A program made the translations under genes and the position numbers. Below, piece after piece: positions 17,628 through 26,909 of a stretch of 64,000 bases of DNA (positions are counted from its first letter, which is position 1; each line of letters starts with the position of its first letter). Source of the DNA: an uncultured Chloroflexia bacterium (GTDB lineage: Bacteria > Chloroflexota > Limnocylindria > Limnocylindrales > CSP1-4); assembly GCA_963813705.1 (NCBI GenBank), contig CAWFAH010000011.1, forward strand, positions 326,341 through 390,340, in the 5' to 3' direction. The notes beneath the pieces are model-generated. The model did no database searches, was not told the origin of the DNA, and was given only the letters and a program-made list of their open reading frames with translations.

Positions 17628-19607
17628 CTACGCGACGACGCGCTCGTCCACGAAGGGCAGCTCCGGCTCGGCGGTCTCATCCCGGCCGACCGGAGTCCCG
17701 GCGCCGAACACGGCGACCGCCAGCCGGGCGATCGCCGGTTCCTGACCCGGCACGAACTCGAGCCCCAGCTCGATCCGACCGTCCGGGCCGACGACCCGGC
17801 GCCGGACCTCGGCATCGAGGGCGACCGGCGGGCCGCCACCCGCCTGGAGACGGAGGCCGACCCGGGCCCGCTTCGCCTCGAACGAGTCGTCGATGAAGAT
17901 GCGCGCGCCGGTCAGCGAGAGGTCCTCCAGCGCGCACGCCCGGCCATCGAGCGTGACCGGGATCCGGAGCGGGAGCCGGGTCCCGGCTCGCCGGTTGCCG
18001 GCGAACTGGCTCGACCGGATCCGCCCGATCGCGGCCAGGAGCAGCGCCAGGTTGACCGACATGAAGAAGGCGGCGCCGATCGGGGCCCACGGCACGAGGT
18101 AGGCGACCGGGGTCAGCCCGAACAGGGACGCGGCAAACCAGGCGAGGGCGAACGACGACGCCGCGGCGAGGACCGACAAGAGCCGCGGGACGGGCATCCG
18201 GATCCGCCCGCTCGCCGTGCGCCCCTTCGGCGTGACCCGGAAGCGGATCTCACCGAACGGGAGCAGGCCCGTGATCGTCGCCGGCAGGACCGCGGGCATC
18301 CGGAGCACCTCGAACAGGAGCGACAGGATCGGCGGGTAGTGCCCACGGGCGAGCAACCGGAGGGCAACGAACTGCAATCCGAGCGTGAGCAGGAACAGCG
18401 GCGCGAAGACGTCACCCGGCGCGTTGATCGGCACCGCGCCGGTGGCGACCACCGCGATCGGGATGACCATGTAAGCGAACGTCCGCCACGAGTCGAACCA
18501 TCCGAATAGCGTCGTGAGGAAGGCCAGCCGCTGACCGAACGACAGGCCGCGTCCGAACAGAGGGTTCTCGCGGCGCAGGACCTGCATCGCCCCGAGCGCC
18601 CAGCGATTGCGCTGCAGGAGATACGATGCCGCGTCGTCCGGCGCAAGCCCGTGCGCGAGCACCTCGTTGTGGTAGGCGCCGGTCCAGCCGGCGCGGTACA
18701 TCCGGATCGTCGTGTGGATGTCCTCGGTCACGCTGTCGATGCTCACTCCGCCGACCGAGCGGAGGGCGGCTACCCGCACGATCGCCCCGGTGCCGCACCA
18801 GAAGGGGGCGGACCAGCGCGTCTTGGCCGGGGCAATGACGCGGTAGAAGACGGCCTCCTCGTTGAACATCTCGCCGTTCCAGCGCCGGTGGTGTTCGAAC
18901 GACTCGAGGTTGTAGAAGTCCTGCGGAGACTGGGCGAAGGCGAGCCGGTCGTCCGCGAAGTACGGCAGCAGGGCGGTCAGGAACCGGGCCACCGGGACGT
19001 GGTCGGCGTCGAGGATCGCCACGAGGTCTGCGTCGACGACAGCCAGGGCGTGGTTCAGGTTGCCGGCCTTGGCGTTGGCATTGTCGGGCCGGGTCAGGTA
19101 CGACGCACCGAGCTGTTCAGCCAGCCGGCGGACCTCCTCGCGATGGCCGTCGTCGAGGACCCACGTCTCGTGCGCGGGCTGGAGCGCGACGGACGCGGCG
19201 ATCGTGGGCAGCAGAACCTCGACGGGTTCGTTGAACGTCGGGATCAGGACCGCGATCCGCCACGAGCGCGTCGGCGGGTCGGTCGGCGCCTCGGCATCGA
19301 GGCTCCACAGCGCGACCGTGTACAGCACGAGACCGAGCGCGTTGTGAACCTCGACCGCGAACAGCGGGATCGCCACCCACCACCAGGCCAGGTTGATCGT
19401 GCCGGTCAGTCGCCAGGCGAGGTAGCCGAACGTCACGGCGATGGCGACGACGGCGGTCCCGCGAATGAGCAGCTTGCGGGCGGCCGACTCGTGCGCGGGC
19501 ATCGACCCGTCCCGGAAGATGGGCGCGGGACCCCGGGCAGCACGTTGCCGAGTGGCGAAATGGGCCATGCCCGAACCGTACGAACGTCCGGGGCGGGGCG
19601 ACACCAA
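17628..19607 (-). CDS. Processive family-2 glycosyltransferase with C-terminal PilZ domain (BcsA/cellulose-synthase-like, predicted c-di-GMP regulated)
   Basis: IAVLIPTFNEP, VLDDG, AILDADH, SVTEDIHT (TED), FWCGTGAIV (FxCG), LQRNRWALG (QxxRW), and multiple TM helices. PilZ motifs RRAGTR (RxxxR) and DLSLTG (DxSxxG). The start codon is uncertain (19607, or the internal Met codons at MAHF / MPAHE). Confidence 0.9.
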   Translation of the reverse strand: MVSPRPGRSYGSGMAHFATRQRAARGPAPIFRDGSMPAHESAARKLLIRGTAVVAIAVTFGYLAWRLTGTINLAWWWVAIPLFAVEVHNALGLVLYTVALWSLDAEAPTDPPTRSWRIAVLIPTFNEPVEVLLPTIAASVALQPAHETWVLDDGHREEVRRLAEQLGASYLTRPDNANAKAGNLNHALAVVDADLVAILDADHVPVARFLTALLPYFADDRLAFAQSPQDFYNLESFEHHRRWNGEMFNEEAVFYRVIAPAKTRWSAPFWCGTGAIVRVAALRSVGGVSIDSVTEDIHTTIRMYRAGWTGAYHNEVLAHGLAPDDAASYLLQRNRWALGAMQVLRRENPLFGRGLSFGQRLAFLTTLFGWFDSWRTFAYMVIPIAVVATGAVPINAPGDVFAPLFLLTLGLQFVALRLLARGHYPPILSLLFEVLRMPAVLPATITGLLPFGEIRFRVTPKGRTASGRIRMPVPRLLSVLAAASSFALAWFAASLFGLTPVAYLVPWAPIGAAFFMSVNLALLLAAIGRIRSSQFAGNRRAGTRLPLRIPVTLDGRACALEDLSLTGARIFIDDSFEAKRARVGLRLQAGGGPPVALDAEVRRRVVGPDGRIELGLEFVPGQEPAIARLAVAVFGAGTPVGRDETAEPELPFVDERVVA

Positions 19608-19706
19608 GCAACGGTCCGCCGCAGGCCGGCCCGAAAGTCCCGGGCCCGTGCAGGACTGCGGTCGCGGTCGGGCGCGTTGGGCCCAGGAGGAGCCGCGGTC
19701 TCGAGC

Positions 19707-21545
19707 TCAGGCCGCCTGGCCGGCCGACGACTCGAGAGCGGCGATCCGGCCGGACAGATCGTCGAGGGCAGCGAGGTCCTCGACGAGCGCCCCCAGCCGG
19801 CGGGCGCGGTCCGCCGCGTCGTCGGCCGTCGCCCGTTCGACCGCGCTCGCCGCATCGCGTCGCGTCCGGCCGAGCTCCGCGATCCGCTCGCCGAACCGCG
19901 CCCGCATGTCACGCTGGAGCTGGGCGACGAGCGCGTCGAGCCGTCCGTCGACCTCGAAGCGGACGTCTTCCACGAACCGGGCCACGAAGTCGCGCGCCTG
20001 CTGGCGCCGATCCGTCAGCTGGCGACGCCGCTCGCCGGCGACCTCCTTGCCACCGAAGAACAGCGCCGCCCCGAGGAGCGCCGGCCCGACGATCGCGGTC
20101 CCCAGGAGCGCGCCGAGCATCCCCAGCATTTCCACGCCGACCGTTGCCCCGGCGAGCAGCCCGAACCCGGCGAGCACGCCCGAGCGGACCGTGCCGCCGA
20201 AGGCCTGCCCGTCCTGCCACAGGGCCGCCGCATCGACGGCGACCGGGTCGTCGATCGCCGGCGCGGTGTCCTCGTCGGCGATGAGCCGGCTGATCGCGGC
20301 CTGGATCTCGGACGCGCCCTCGGTGGCCTCGAGGAATGCATCGCGAACCGCGGCGGCCACCTCGCGCTGGGTTCGCGCGCTCAGATCGTTCCAGACCCGG
20401 CCGGGATCGACCCGATCGATCTCCTCGTTCGTCTCGCGCAGGATCCGGCGCATCGCGGCCGCGTAGTCGAAGGCGACGCGACCGCGGAGCGCGGCGAACT
20501 CGTCGTCGAGCCGCCCGGACCACTGCGCCCCGGCAGCCTCGAGGGCGGCGACCCGGTCGATCGCGGCCGCCAGCTCGGCGGCGATCGCCGCCCCGGCTTC
20601 CGGACGCTCCAGCGCCCGGCGCTCGAGGACGAGCGGTCCGCGGAGCTCGTCGAGGACGAGCCGCGTCTCGCGGGCGGCGCCGTCCGCGGCGAACGCGCGC
20701 GCCCGGCCCGCGGCGTCGACGGCGACCGCCTCGGCAAACGCTTCGATCCCGCTGTCGTGGCCGAGGCCCGGGTCGCCCAGCTCGTCCGCGGCACGACGCA
20801 GCGAAGCGCTGATCGGGTGCGGCCGGATCGGCAGCTCGATCTCACGGAGCCGCCGCTCGTCGATCTCGAGGATTCGCCGCCACGCCGGGTACATGTCGAT
20901 CTTCGTCAGCGCCACGAGGATGAGCGGGCCAGCGTCGACGGCGCTGGCGAGGAAGTCGAGCTCGGATCGGGTCAATTCGGCGGACGCGTCGGTCGCGAAG
21001 ACGAGGACATCGGCGACCGGGAGGAACGCCAGGGTCGCAGCGGCGTGGGCCGCGTTGAGCCCGCCGATCCCGGGCGTGTCGATGAGACTGATCCCGCGCT
21101 CGAGGTACGGATGCGGCAGGCTGACGACGACCTGCTCGACGGCCAGCCGGTTGTCCGGGTTGCCGCGCTCGGTCACCCAGCCGGCCAGCTCATCGGGGGG
21201 CACGACATCGCCGGTCGACGCGCCGCCCCGCCGGTGGACGATCGCCCCAGCTGGCGTGCCGTAGCGCAGGGTCGTCACCGCCATCGTCGCGAGGTCGTCG
21301 TCGACCGGGCAGACGTCCTGCCCGAGCAGGGCGTTGATCAGCGCGCTCTTGCCCTGCTTGAACTCCCCGACGACACAGACGACGGTCTCGGTCCGCTCGA
21401 GCCGGGATCGGATCCGCTCGAGGCGGCGAACGAGATCCTCGCGACCGCGGACCTCGGCCTGTCCGCGGAGCGCCTCGACGATCCCGGCCGCCGCGCCGGG
21501 CAGCGCCGTGTCATCCCCGCGCGCCGCTGCGCCGCCCTTGGCCAT
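19707..21545 (-). CDS. Dynamin-family large GTPase (bacterial dynamin-like protein), copy 1
   Basis: G1 VVGEFKQGKSALINALLG, G3 LIDTPGIGGL, G4 LVALTKIDMY, followed by a long helical stalk and a hydrophobic paddle-like segment (VLAGFGLLAGATVGVEMLGMLGALLGTAIVGPALLGAALFF). Preferred start is the ATG at 21545, preceded by GGGAGGG. Confidence 0.85.
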   Translation of the reverse strand: MAKGGAAARGDDTALPGAAAGIVEALRGQAEVRGREDLVRRLERIRSRLERTETVVCVVGEFKQGKSALINALLGQDVCPVDDDLATMAVTTLRYGTPAGAIVHRRGGASTGDVVPPDELAGWVTERGNPDNRLAVEQVVVSLPHPYLERGISLIDTPGIGGLNAAHAAATLAFLPVADVLVFATDASAELTRSELDFLASAVDAGPLILVALTKIDMYPAWRRILEIDERRLREIELPIRPHPISASLRRAADELGDPGLGHDSGIEAFAEAVAVDAAGRARAFAADGAARETRLVLDELRGPLVLERRALERPEAGAAIAAELAAAIDRVAALEAAGAQWSGRLDDEFAALRGRVAFDYAAAMRRILRETNEEIDRVDPGRVWNDLSARTQREVAAAVRDAFLEATEGASEIQAAISRLIADEDTAPAIDDPVAVDAAALWQDGQAFGGTVRSGVLAGFGLLAGATVGVEMLGMLGALLGTAIVGPALLGAALFFGGKEVAGERRRQLTDRRQQARDFVARFVEDVRFEVDGRLDALVAQLQRDMRARFGERIAELGRTRRDAASAVERATADDAADRARRLGALVEDLAALDDLSGRIAALESSAGQAA

Positions 21546-21572
21546 CCCGCCCTCCCGGTTCGCCGAAGGATG

Positions 21573-21624
21573 CCGAGTGTACGCCCGGTGGGTCGCTCTG
21601 GCGCCGCCCGGAAGGTACACTCGG
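21573..21624. promoter_or_regulatory. 10-bp inverted repeat CCGAGTGTAC...GTACACTCGG (32-nt spacer) in the divergent dynamin/Hsp70 intergenic region
   Basis: Arms at 21573-21582 and 21615-21624 are exact reverse complements. The region separates the divergent starts at 21545 (-) and 21650 (+). Confidence 0.35.
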
Positions 21625-21649
21625 GCACCTGCTGGCGGAGGACGGCTGG

Positions 21650-23519
21650 GTGGACTACTCGCTCGGGATCGATCTCGGAACGACGTACTCGGCCGCGGCC
21701 ACGGCGCGCGGCGACCGGCTCGAGATCTTCCAGCTCGGCGAGCGGGCGGCGACGATCCCGTCAGTCATCGTCCTGCGCGCCGACGGCGAGGTGCTCACCG
21801 GCGACGCCGCGGAGCGTCGCGCCCTCTCGGAGCCGCTCCGGACCGCGCGCGAGTTCAAGCGCCGGCTCGGGGACCCGACCCCGATCATCCTCGGCGGCAC
21901 GCCGTACGGCGCCGAGGCGCTGACCGGCCATCTGCTGCGGAGCATCGTGGCCAAGGTCGGCGAGCAGATGGGCGGCCCGCCGGCGGCGATCGCCCTGTGC
22001 CACCCGGCGAGCTACGGCGAGTACAAGATCGACCTCCTCCGCCAGGCGGTTCGCCAGGCAGACGTCGGACCCGTCGAGCTGATCACCGAGCCACAGGCGG
22101 CGGCCCTCCACTACGCCCTCCAGGAGCGCGTGCCGACGGGCGAGGTGATCGCGGTCTACGACTTCGGCGGCGGGACCTTCGACGCCACGATCCTGCGCAA
22201 GACCGAGGACGGCTTCGACCAGCTCGGCCGGCCCGAGGGAATGGAGCGGCTCGGCGGGATCGACTTCGACGAGGCGATCTTCGCCCACGTGATGACCACC
22301 GTCCGGGGCGCCGGCGTCACGCTCGACCCGAACGACCCGGCCACGCTGGCCGGGGTGGCCCGGCTGCGCGAGGAATGCCGCCGCGCGAAGGAAGGCCTGT
22401 CGAACGACACGGACGCCACGATCGCGGTCTACCTGCCCGGCATCCAGACCGACGTCCGGCTCACCCGCGAGGAGTTCGAGTCGATGATCCGGCCGCGGAT
22501 CCGCGAGACGATCCTGGCCCTCGAGCGGGCGGCGCGGAGCGCGGGGCTCGAGTTCGCCGGGCTCGACCGGATCCTCCTGGTCGGCGGCAGCTCGCGAATC
22601 CCGCTCGTCGCGGAGATGGTCCGCGAGGCGACGGGGCGACCGATCGCCGTCGACGCCCACCCCAAGCACACCATGGCCCTCGGGGCGGCGTGGGTCGCCG
22701 AGCGGAGCCGGCGGGCGGCCGCTGAGCCCGCCGGCGCCGTCCCAGCGGCGGGTCTGGCGGCGGCCGGCGCGGTGGCGGCCGGCGCGGTGGCGGCCGGTGG
22801 AGCCGGTCTGGCGGCGGCGTCCGCGGCCGGGGCGTCCGCGGTGCCCCCGGCCGGCCAGTCGCCTGTCCTCACCAGCGCGCCCGTCGCGAGCCCCACGACG
22901 CCGGCCGGCGGGCTGCCCGCCGGGGCCGGCGCCGGACCGGCGTCCGCCGTTGCGGCCGGCCGGCGGCCGACGCTGGCGATTGCCGCCGTCGTCGCGCTCG
23001 TGCTCGTCGTGGTGATTGCCGCGGGGGCCTTCGCCTTCCTGCCTCGCGGCGGCTCGACCGGCGGCTCGCCCAGCCCCGGCAGCTCGGCGGTCGGTGGCGC
23101 CTCGCTCCCGGCCAGCCCGTCGATCGCGATCAGCCCGAGCCCGTCGGCGGCGTCGCTCGCCCCGGCCTCGCCGTCGCCCACACCGGTCCCGACGCCCACG
23201 CCGACGCCCGCCGGCAAGCAGGCGCGCATCCTCGGGATCACCGTCAGCGGCGGCCGCTACGTCGTCGACTACCAGGTCTACGGCTACACCCAGAAGCTGC
23301 CCGGGCGAGCACGTCCACTTCTTCTTCGACACCGTCAAGCCGACGCAGGCGGGGATGCCCGGCAAGGGCCCGTGGTACGTCTACGCGGGGCCGATCCCGT
23401 TCAAGGGCTACAAGCTCACGGATCGCCCGACCGGCGCGACCCAGATGTGCATCCTGTACGCCCACCCCGACCACTCGGTCGTCCAGAACACCGGCAACTG
23501 CGTCGACCTGCCGGGCTGA
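21650..23519 (+). CDS. Non-canonical Hsp70-family protein: actin-like ATPase (NBD) + Ala/Pro linker + single TM + Ser/Pro-rich spacer + ~95-aa C-terminal domain; 1-nt frameshift at 23300-23305
   Basis: NBD motifs GIDLGTTYSAAA, VYDFGGGTFDATIL, ILLVGGSSRIPLV. TM PTLAIAAVVALVLVVVIAAGAFAFL. After ...YQVYGYTQKLPG the ORF 21650..23593 frame degenerates. The frame of ORF 23016..23519 continues sensibly (EHVHFFFDTVKPTQAGMPGKGPWYVYAGPIPFKGYKLTDRPTGATQMCILYAHPDHSVVQNTGNCVDLPG, then stop). GTG start with GGAGG 8 nt upstream. Confidence 0.85.
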
Positions 23520-23531
23520 TCGGACGCGAGC

Positions 23532-25013
23532 GTGGCGACCGAGCGGGGATCCCTCGCAGACGCGATCCGCCAGATCGGCCGCGAGGCGCGTGAACTGGCG
23601 GCGGGGACGGACCTCGAACCGGCGGTGGCGGCCGTGTTCCAGCGCCTCGACGCGCCGCTCCGGGTCGCCATCGCGGGGCGGACGAAGGCCGGCAAGTCGA
23701 CGCTCCTGAACGCGCTCGTGGGCGAGCGCCTCGCCGCGACCGACGCGAGCGAGTGCACCAGGATCGTCACCTGGTACCGCCACGCGCTCGGCTACTCGGT
23801 CGCCGCCGAGCTGACCGCAGGCACGACCATCGACCTTCCGTTCCGGCGCGCCGACGGGGCGCTCCGGGTCGACCTCGGAACGCTGGAACCCGAGGCCGTC
23901 GACCGGATCACGGTGGGCTGGCCGGCCGGCCGGCTGGCCGACCTGACGCTGATCGACACGCCCGGGCTCGGCTCGGCGAACGAGGCCGTCTCGGCACGCA
24001 CGACCGAGGCCCTCATCGACGACGACTCCGAGCACCCGGCGGAAGCCGACGCGGTCATCTACCTCATGCGCCACCTCCACCGCTACGACGCCCAGTTCCT
24101 CGAAGCGTTCATCGACCGCTCGCTGGCGCATGCGTCGCCGATCAATGCGATCGTCGTCCTGTCCCGGGCCGACGAGATCGGCGCCGCCCGGCCGGACGCG
24201 CTCGTCTCGGCGGGCGCGGTCGCCGAGCGGTATGCCGCCGACCGCCGGATCCGCGAGCTCGCCTCGGGCGTCGTGCCCGTCGCCGGCCTGATCGCGGAGA
24301 CCGGCGCCACGCTCCGCGAGGCCCAGGTGGCCTGGCTGCGCCAGATCGCCGCGCTCGACGCGGCCCGCCGGGAGGCGCTCCTCCGCTCCGTCGATCGGTT
24401 CCGCGACCCCGAGCTCAACCCGCTGGCGGCCGAGATCCGCGAGGAGCTGCTCGATCGGCTCGGGCTGTTCGGGTTGCGCCTGGCGATCGGGCTCATCGTC
24501 GACGGTCGCGTGCGGACCGCGACCGACCTGTCCCAGGCGCTGCTCGCCATCTCCGGGATCGCCGGGCTCCAGCGGATCCTCGACCAGCGCTTCGCGGCGC
24601 GGTCGGACGCGCTCAAGGCGCGCTCGGCGCTGGCGGCGTTGCGGGCGATCGCCGACGAGCTCGCCCGGCGGTCGGTGCCCGGGGCGAGCCGGCTCGGGGC
24701 GAACATCGAGCGGGTCGAGGCCGGGTCGGAGGAGCTGGCTCTTCTGCGCCTCCTCCACCTCGTTCTCGCCGGGGCCGTCGACGTCAGCCCCGACGAAGGG
24801 GCCGAGATCGACCGGCTGACGGGGTCGGGCAGCATCGGCGAGCGGGTCGGCCTGGCCGCCGATGCGCCGCCGGCCGCCACGCGCGCCGCGGCCCTCGCCG
24901 GCATCGATCGCTGGCGCGCGCGGGCGGCCAGCCCGCTCAGCGACCGGCGAACGGTCGAGGCCGCCGACATCGTGATCCGCGCCTACGAGCGGGTCCACGC
25001 CCTGGCAGCCTGA
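23532..25013 (+). CDS. Dynamin-family large GTPase (bacterial dynamin-like protein), copy 2
   Basis: G1 IAGRTKAGKSTLLNALVG, G3 LIDTPGLGSA, G4-like VVLSRADEIG, helical C-terminal half. GTG start 12 nt after the corrected Hsp70 stop. Confidence 0.85.
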   Translation: MATERGSLADAIRQIGREARELAAGTDLEPAVAAVFQRLDAPLRVAIAGRTKAGKSTLLNALVGERLAATDASECTRIVTWYRHALGYSVAAELTAGTTIDLPFRRADGALRVDLGTLEPEAVDRITVGWPAGRLADLTLIDTPGLGSANEAVSARTTEALIDDDSEHPAEADAVIYLMRHLHRYDAQFLEAFIDRSLAHASPINAIVVLSRADEIGAARPDALVSAGAVAERYAADRRIRELASGVVPVAGLIAETGATLREAQVAWLRQIAALDAARREALLRSVDRFRDPELNPLAAEIREELLDRLGLFGLRLAIGLIVDGRVRTATDLSQALLAISGIAGLQRILDQRFAARSDALKARSALAALRAIADELARRSVPGASRLGANIERVEAGSEELALLRLLHLVLAGAVDVSPDEGAEIDRLTGSGSIGERVGLAADAPPAATRAAALAGIDRWRARAASPLSDRRTVEAADIVIRAYERVHALAA

Positions 25014-25045
25014 CGGCGCCAGACCGGTAGCGTACCCTCGCGGTC

Positions 25046-26857
25046 ATGGCCGGCCCATCGACGAGGACCCCTCCCGACCCGGACCCCGAGCGAACGCTCC
25101 CCGACCGAGCCGGTCGCCGCCCCCGCGCCGTCGTGCCGTGGCTGGCGAGCTATGGACGGTCGTACGTCCGGTCCGATGTCGTGGCCGGGATCGCGCTCTC
25201 GGCCGTGCTCATCCCCCAGGGCATGGCGTACGCGGAGATCGTCGGCCTGCCGCCGGTCACCGGGCTGTACGCCACGATGCTCCCGATCGTCGGCTACGCA
25301 CTGTTCGGCTCCTCCCGGCATCTCGTGGTCAGCCCGGACTCGTCGGCCTCGGCGCTCGTTGCCGCGGTCCTCCTCCCACTTGGCGCCACCGACCCCGCGA
25401 CGCGGGCCACGCTCGCGGCAACCCTGGCGATCATGGTCGGGCTGTTCTGCATCGCCGCCGGCCTGCTTCGGCTGGGTTTCATTGCCGACTTCCTGTCGCG
25501 GCCGGTCCTGACGGGCTACATCAACGGGATCGGGGCCATCATGATCATCGGCCAGCTGCCGAAGATCCTGGGATTCGACGTGCCGTCAGACCGGCCCATC
25601 CAGGAGCTGGTCTACATGGCCAGCCATCTGGCCGAGACGAACCCGTGGAGCCTCGCGCTCGGGCTGCTGTGCGTGGCGATCGTCCTCGGCCTCGGGCGCG
25701 CGGCGCCCCGGGTGCCCGGCGTCCTCGTGGCGGTGATCGCGGCGATGGTCCTCAGCGTCGTCCTCGACCTCGGCGCGAAGGGAGTGGAGCTCACAGGTCC
25801 CGTCCCGTCCGGGCTGCCGACGCCGTCGATCCCACAGCCCACGCTCGACCAGATCCTGCTCCTCGTCCCGGGAGCGCTCGGCCTCGCCCTCGTGTCCCTT
25901 GGCGACACGATCGCCACCTCTCGGACGTTCGCCGTAAAGCTCGGCTACCAGGTCGACGCCGACCGGGACCTCGTCGGGCTCGGCGCGGCCCAGGCGGCCG
26001 CGGGGCTGTCGGGAGGCTTCCCGGTCAGCTCGAGTGCCTCACGGACCGCCGTCGTCGAGGCATCGGGCGGCCGGTCGCAGGTCGCCAACCTGGTCGCCGC
26101 GGGCGTCGTGGCCCTCGTCCTGGTCTTCCTGGCGCCGGTGCTCGAGGTCCTTCCGAAGCCCGCCCTCGGTGCGGTCATCCTGGCGGCAGCGATCGGCCTG
26201 TTCGACTTCGGTTCGCTCCGCCGCTACTACCTCCAGCGCCGGCTCGAATTCTGGGTTGCGATAGCGACGATGTTGACCGTCATCTTCGTGGACCCATTGG
26301 TCGGGCTCATCCTGGCGATCATCATCTCGGTGGTCGACGTGCTCCGCCGGGTGACCCGCCCCAAGACGGCGATCCTCGGGCGGCTCGAGGCGTCCCGGTC
26401 GTGGCAGAGCGTCGAACGCTACCCGACCGCGGTCACGCAGCCGGGCCTCATCGTGTACCGGGTCGAGGCTCCCCTGTTCTTCGCCAACGCCGAGCGAATT
26501 CGGCAGGAGCTCGAAGCGCTCGTCGAGGCCAACCACGGCGCCATCGAGTGGATCGTGATCGACGCCGAGGCGATCACCGACATCGACCTCTCGGCTGCCG
26601 AGATCCTCTCGGAGCTCGACGACAGCCTCGCGGCGGCCGGAATCCGGCTCTGCGTGGCCGAACCGACCGGGATGATGGTCGAGCGACTCCGGGCGACGGG
26701 GCTCCTGCACGACTTCGGCCGGCTGCGGATCTTCGCCACGGTCGACGCGGCCGCGGCGGCATTCGCCGAGCGCGACGACGAAGAGCACCATGCCCCGTCC
26801 CACCCGGCATTTCCCGACGAGCCGAGCGCGATGCCGCCGGCGGGGCCGCTCGTATGA
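25046..26857 (+). CDS. SulP-family anion transporter with C-terminal STAS domain
   Basis: DVVAGIALSAVLIPQGMAYAEIVGLPPVTGLYA, multiple TM segments, and a STAS-like tail (LIVYRVEAPLFFANAERIRQELEALV...IVIDAEAITDIDLSAAEIL). Confidence 0.9.
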   Translation: MAGPSTRTPPDPDPERTLPDRAGRRPRAVVPWLASYGRSYVRSDVVAGIALSAVLIPQGMAYAEIVGLPPVTGLYATMLPIVGYALFGSSRHLVVSPDSSASALVAAVLLPLGATDPATRATLAATLAIMVGLFCIAAGLLRLGFIADFLSRPVLTGYINGIGAIMIIGQLPKILGFDVPSDRPIQELVYMASHLAETNPWSLALGLLCVAIVLGLGRAAPRVPGVLVAVIAAMVLSVVLDLGAKGVELTGPVPSGLPTPSIPQPTLDQILLLVPGALGLALVSLGDTIATSRTFAVKLGYQVDADRDLVGLGAAQAAAGLSGGFPVSSSASRTAVVEASGGRSQVANLVAAGVVALVLVFLAPVLEVLPKPALGAVILAAAIGLFDFGSLRRYYLQRRLEFWVAIATMLTVIFVDPLVGLILAIIISVVDVLRRVTRPKTAILGRLEASRSWQSVERYPTAVTQPGLIVYRVEAPLFFANAERIRQELEALVEANHGAIEWIVIDAEAITDIDLSAAEILSELDDSLAAAGIRLCVAEPTGMMVERLRATGLLHDFGRLRIFATVDAAAAAFAERDDEEHHAPSHPAFPDEPSAMPPAGPLV

Positions 26858-26909
26858 TGTGCGTCGGGCGACCGCGCCGGTCGTCCATGGCAGAACCGAG
26901 GTCGAGGCA

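Noticed and set aside
18651-21923. 1090-aa plus-strand ORF
   Set aside because: It is antisense to the GT2-PilZ and dynamin-like genes, both of which carry multiple catalytic motifs. The ORF itself has low-complexity R/G/D/P composition.
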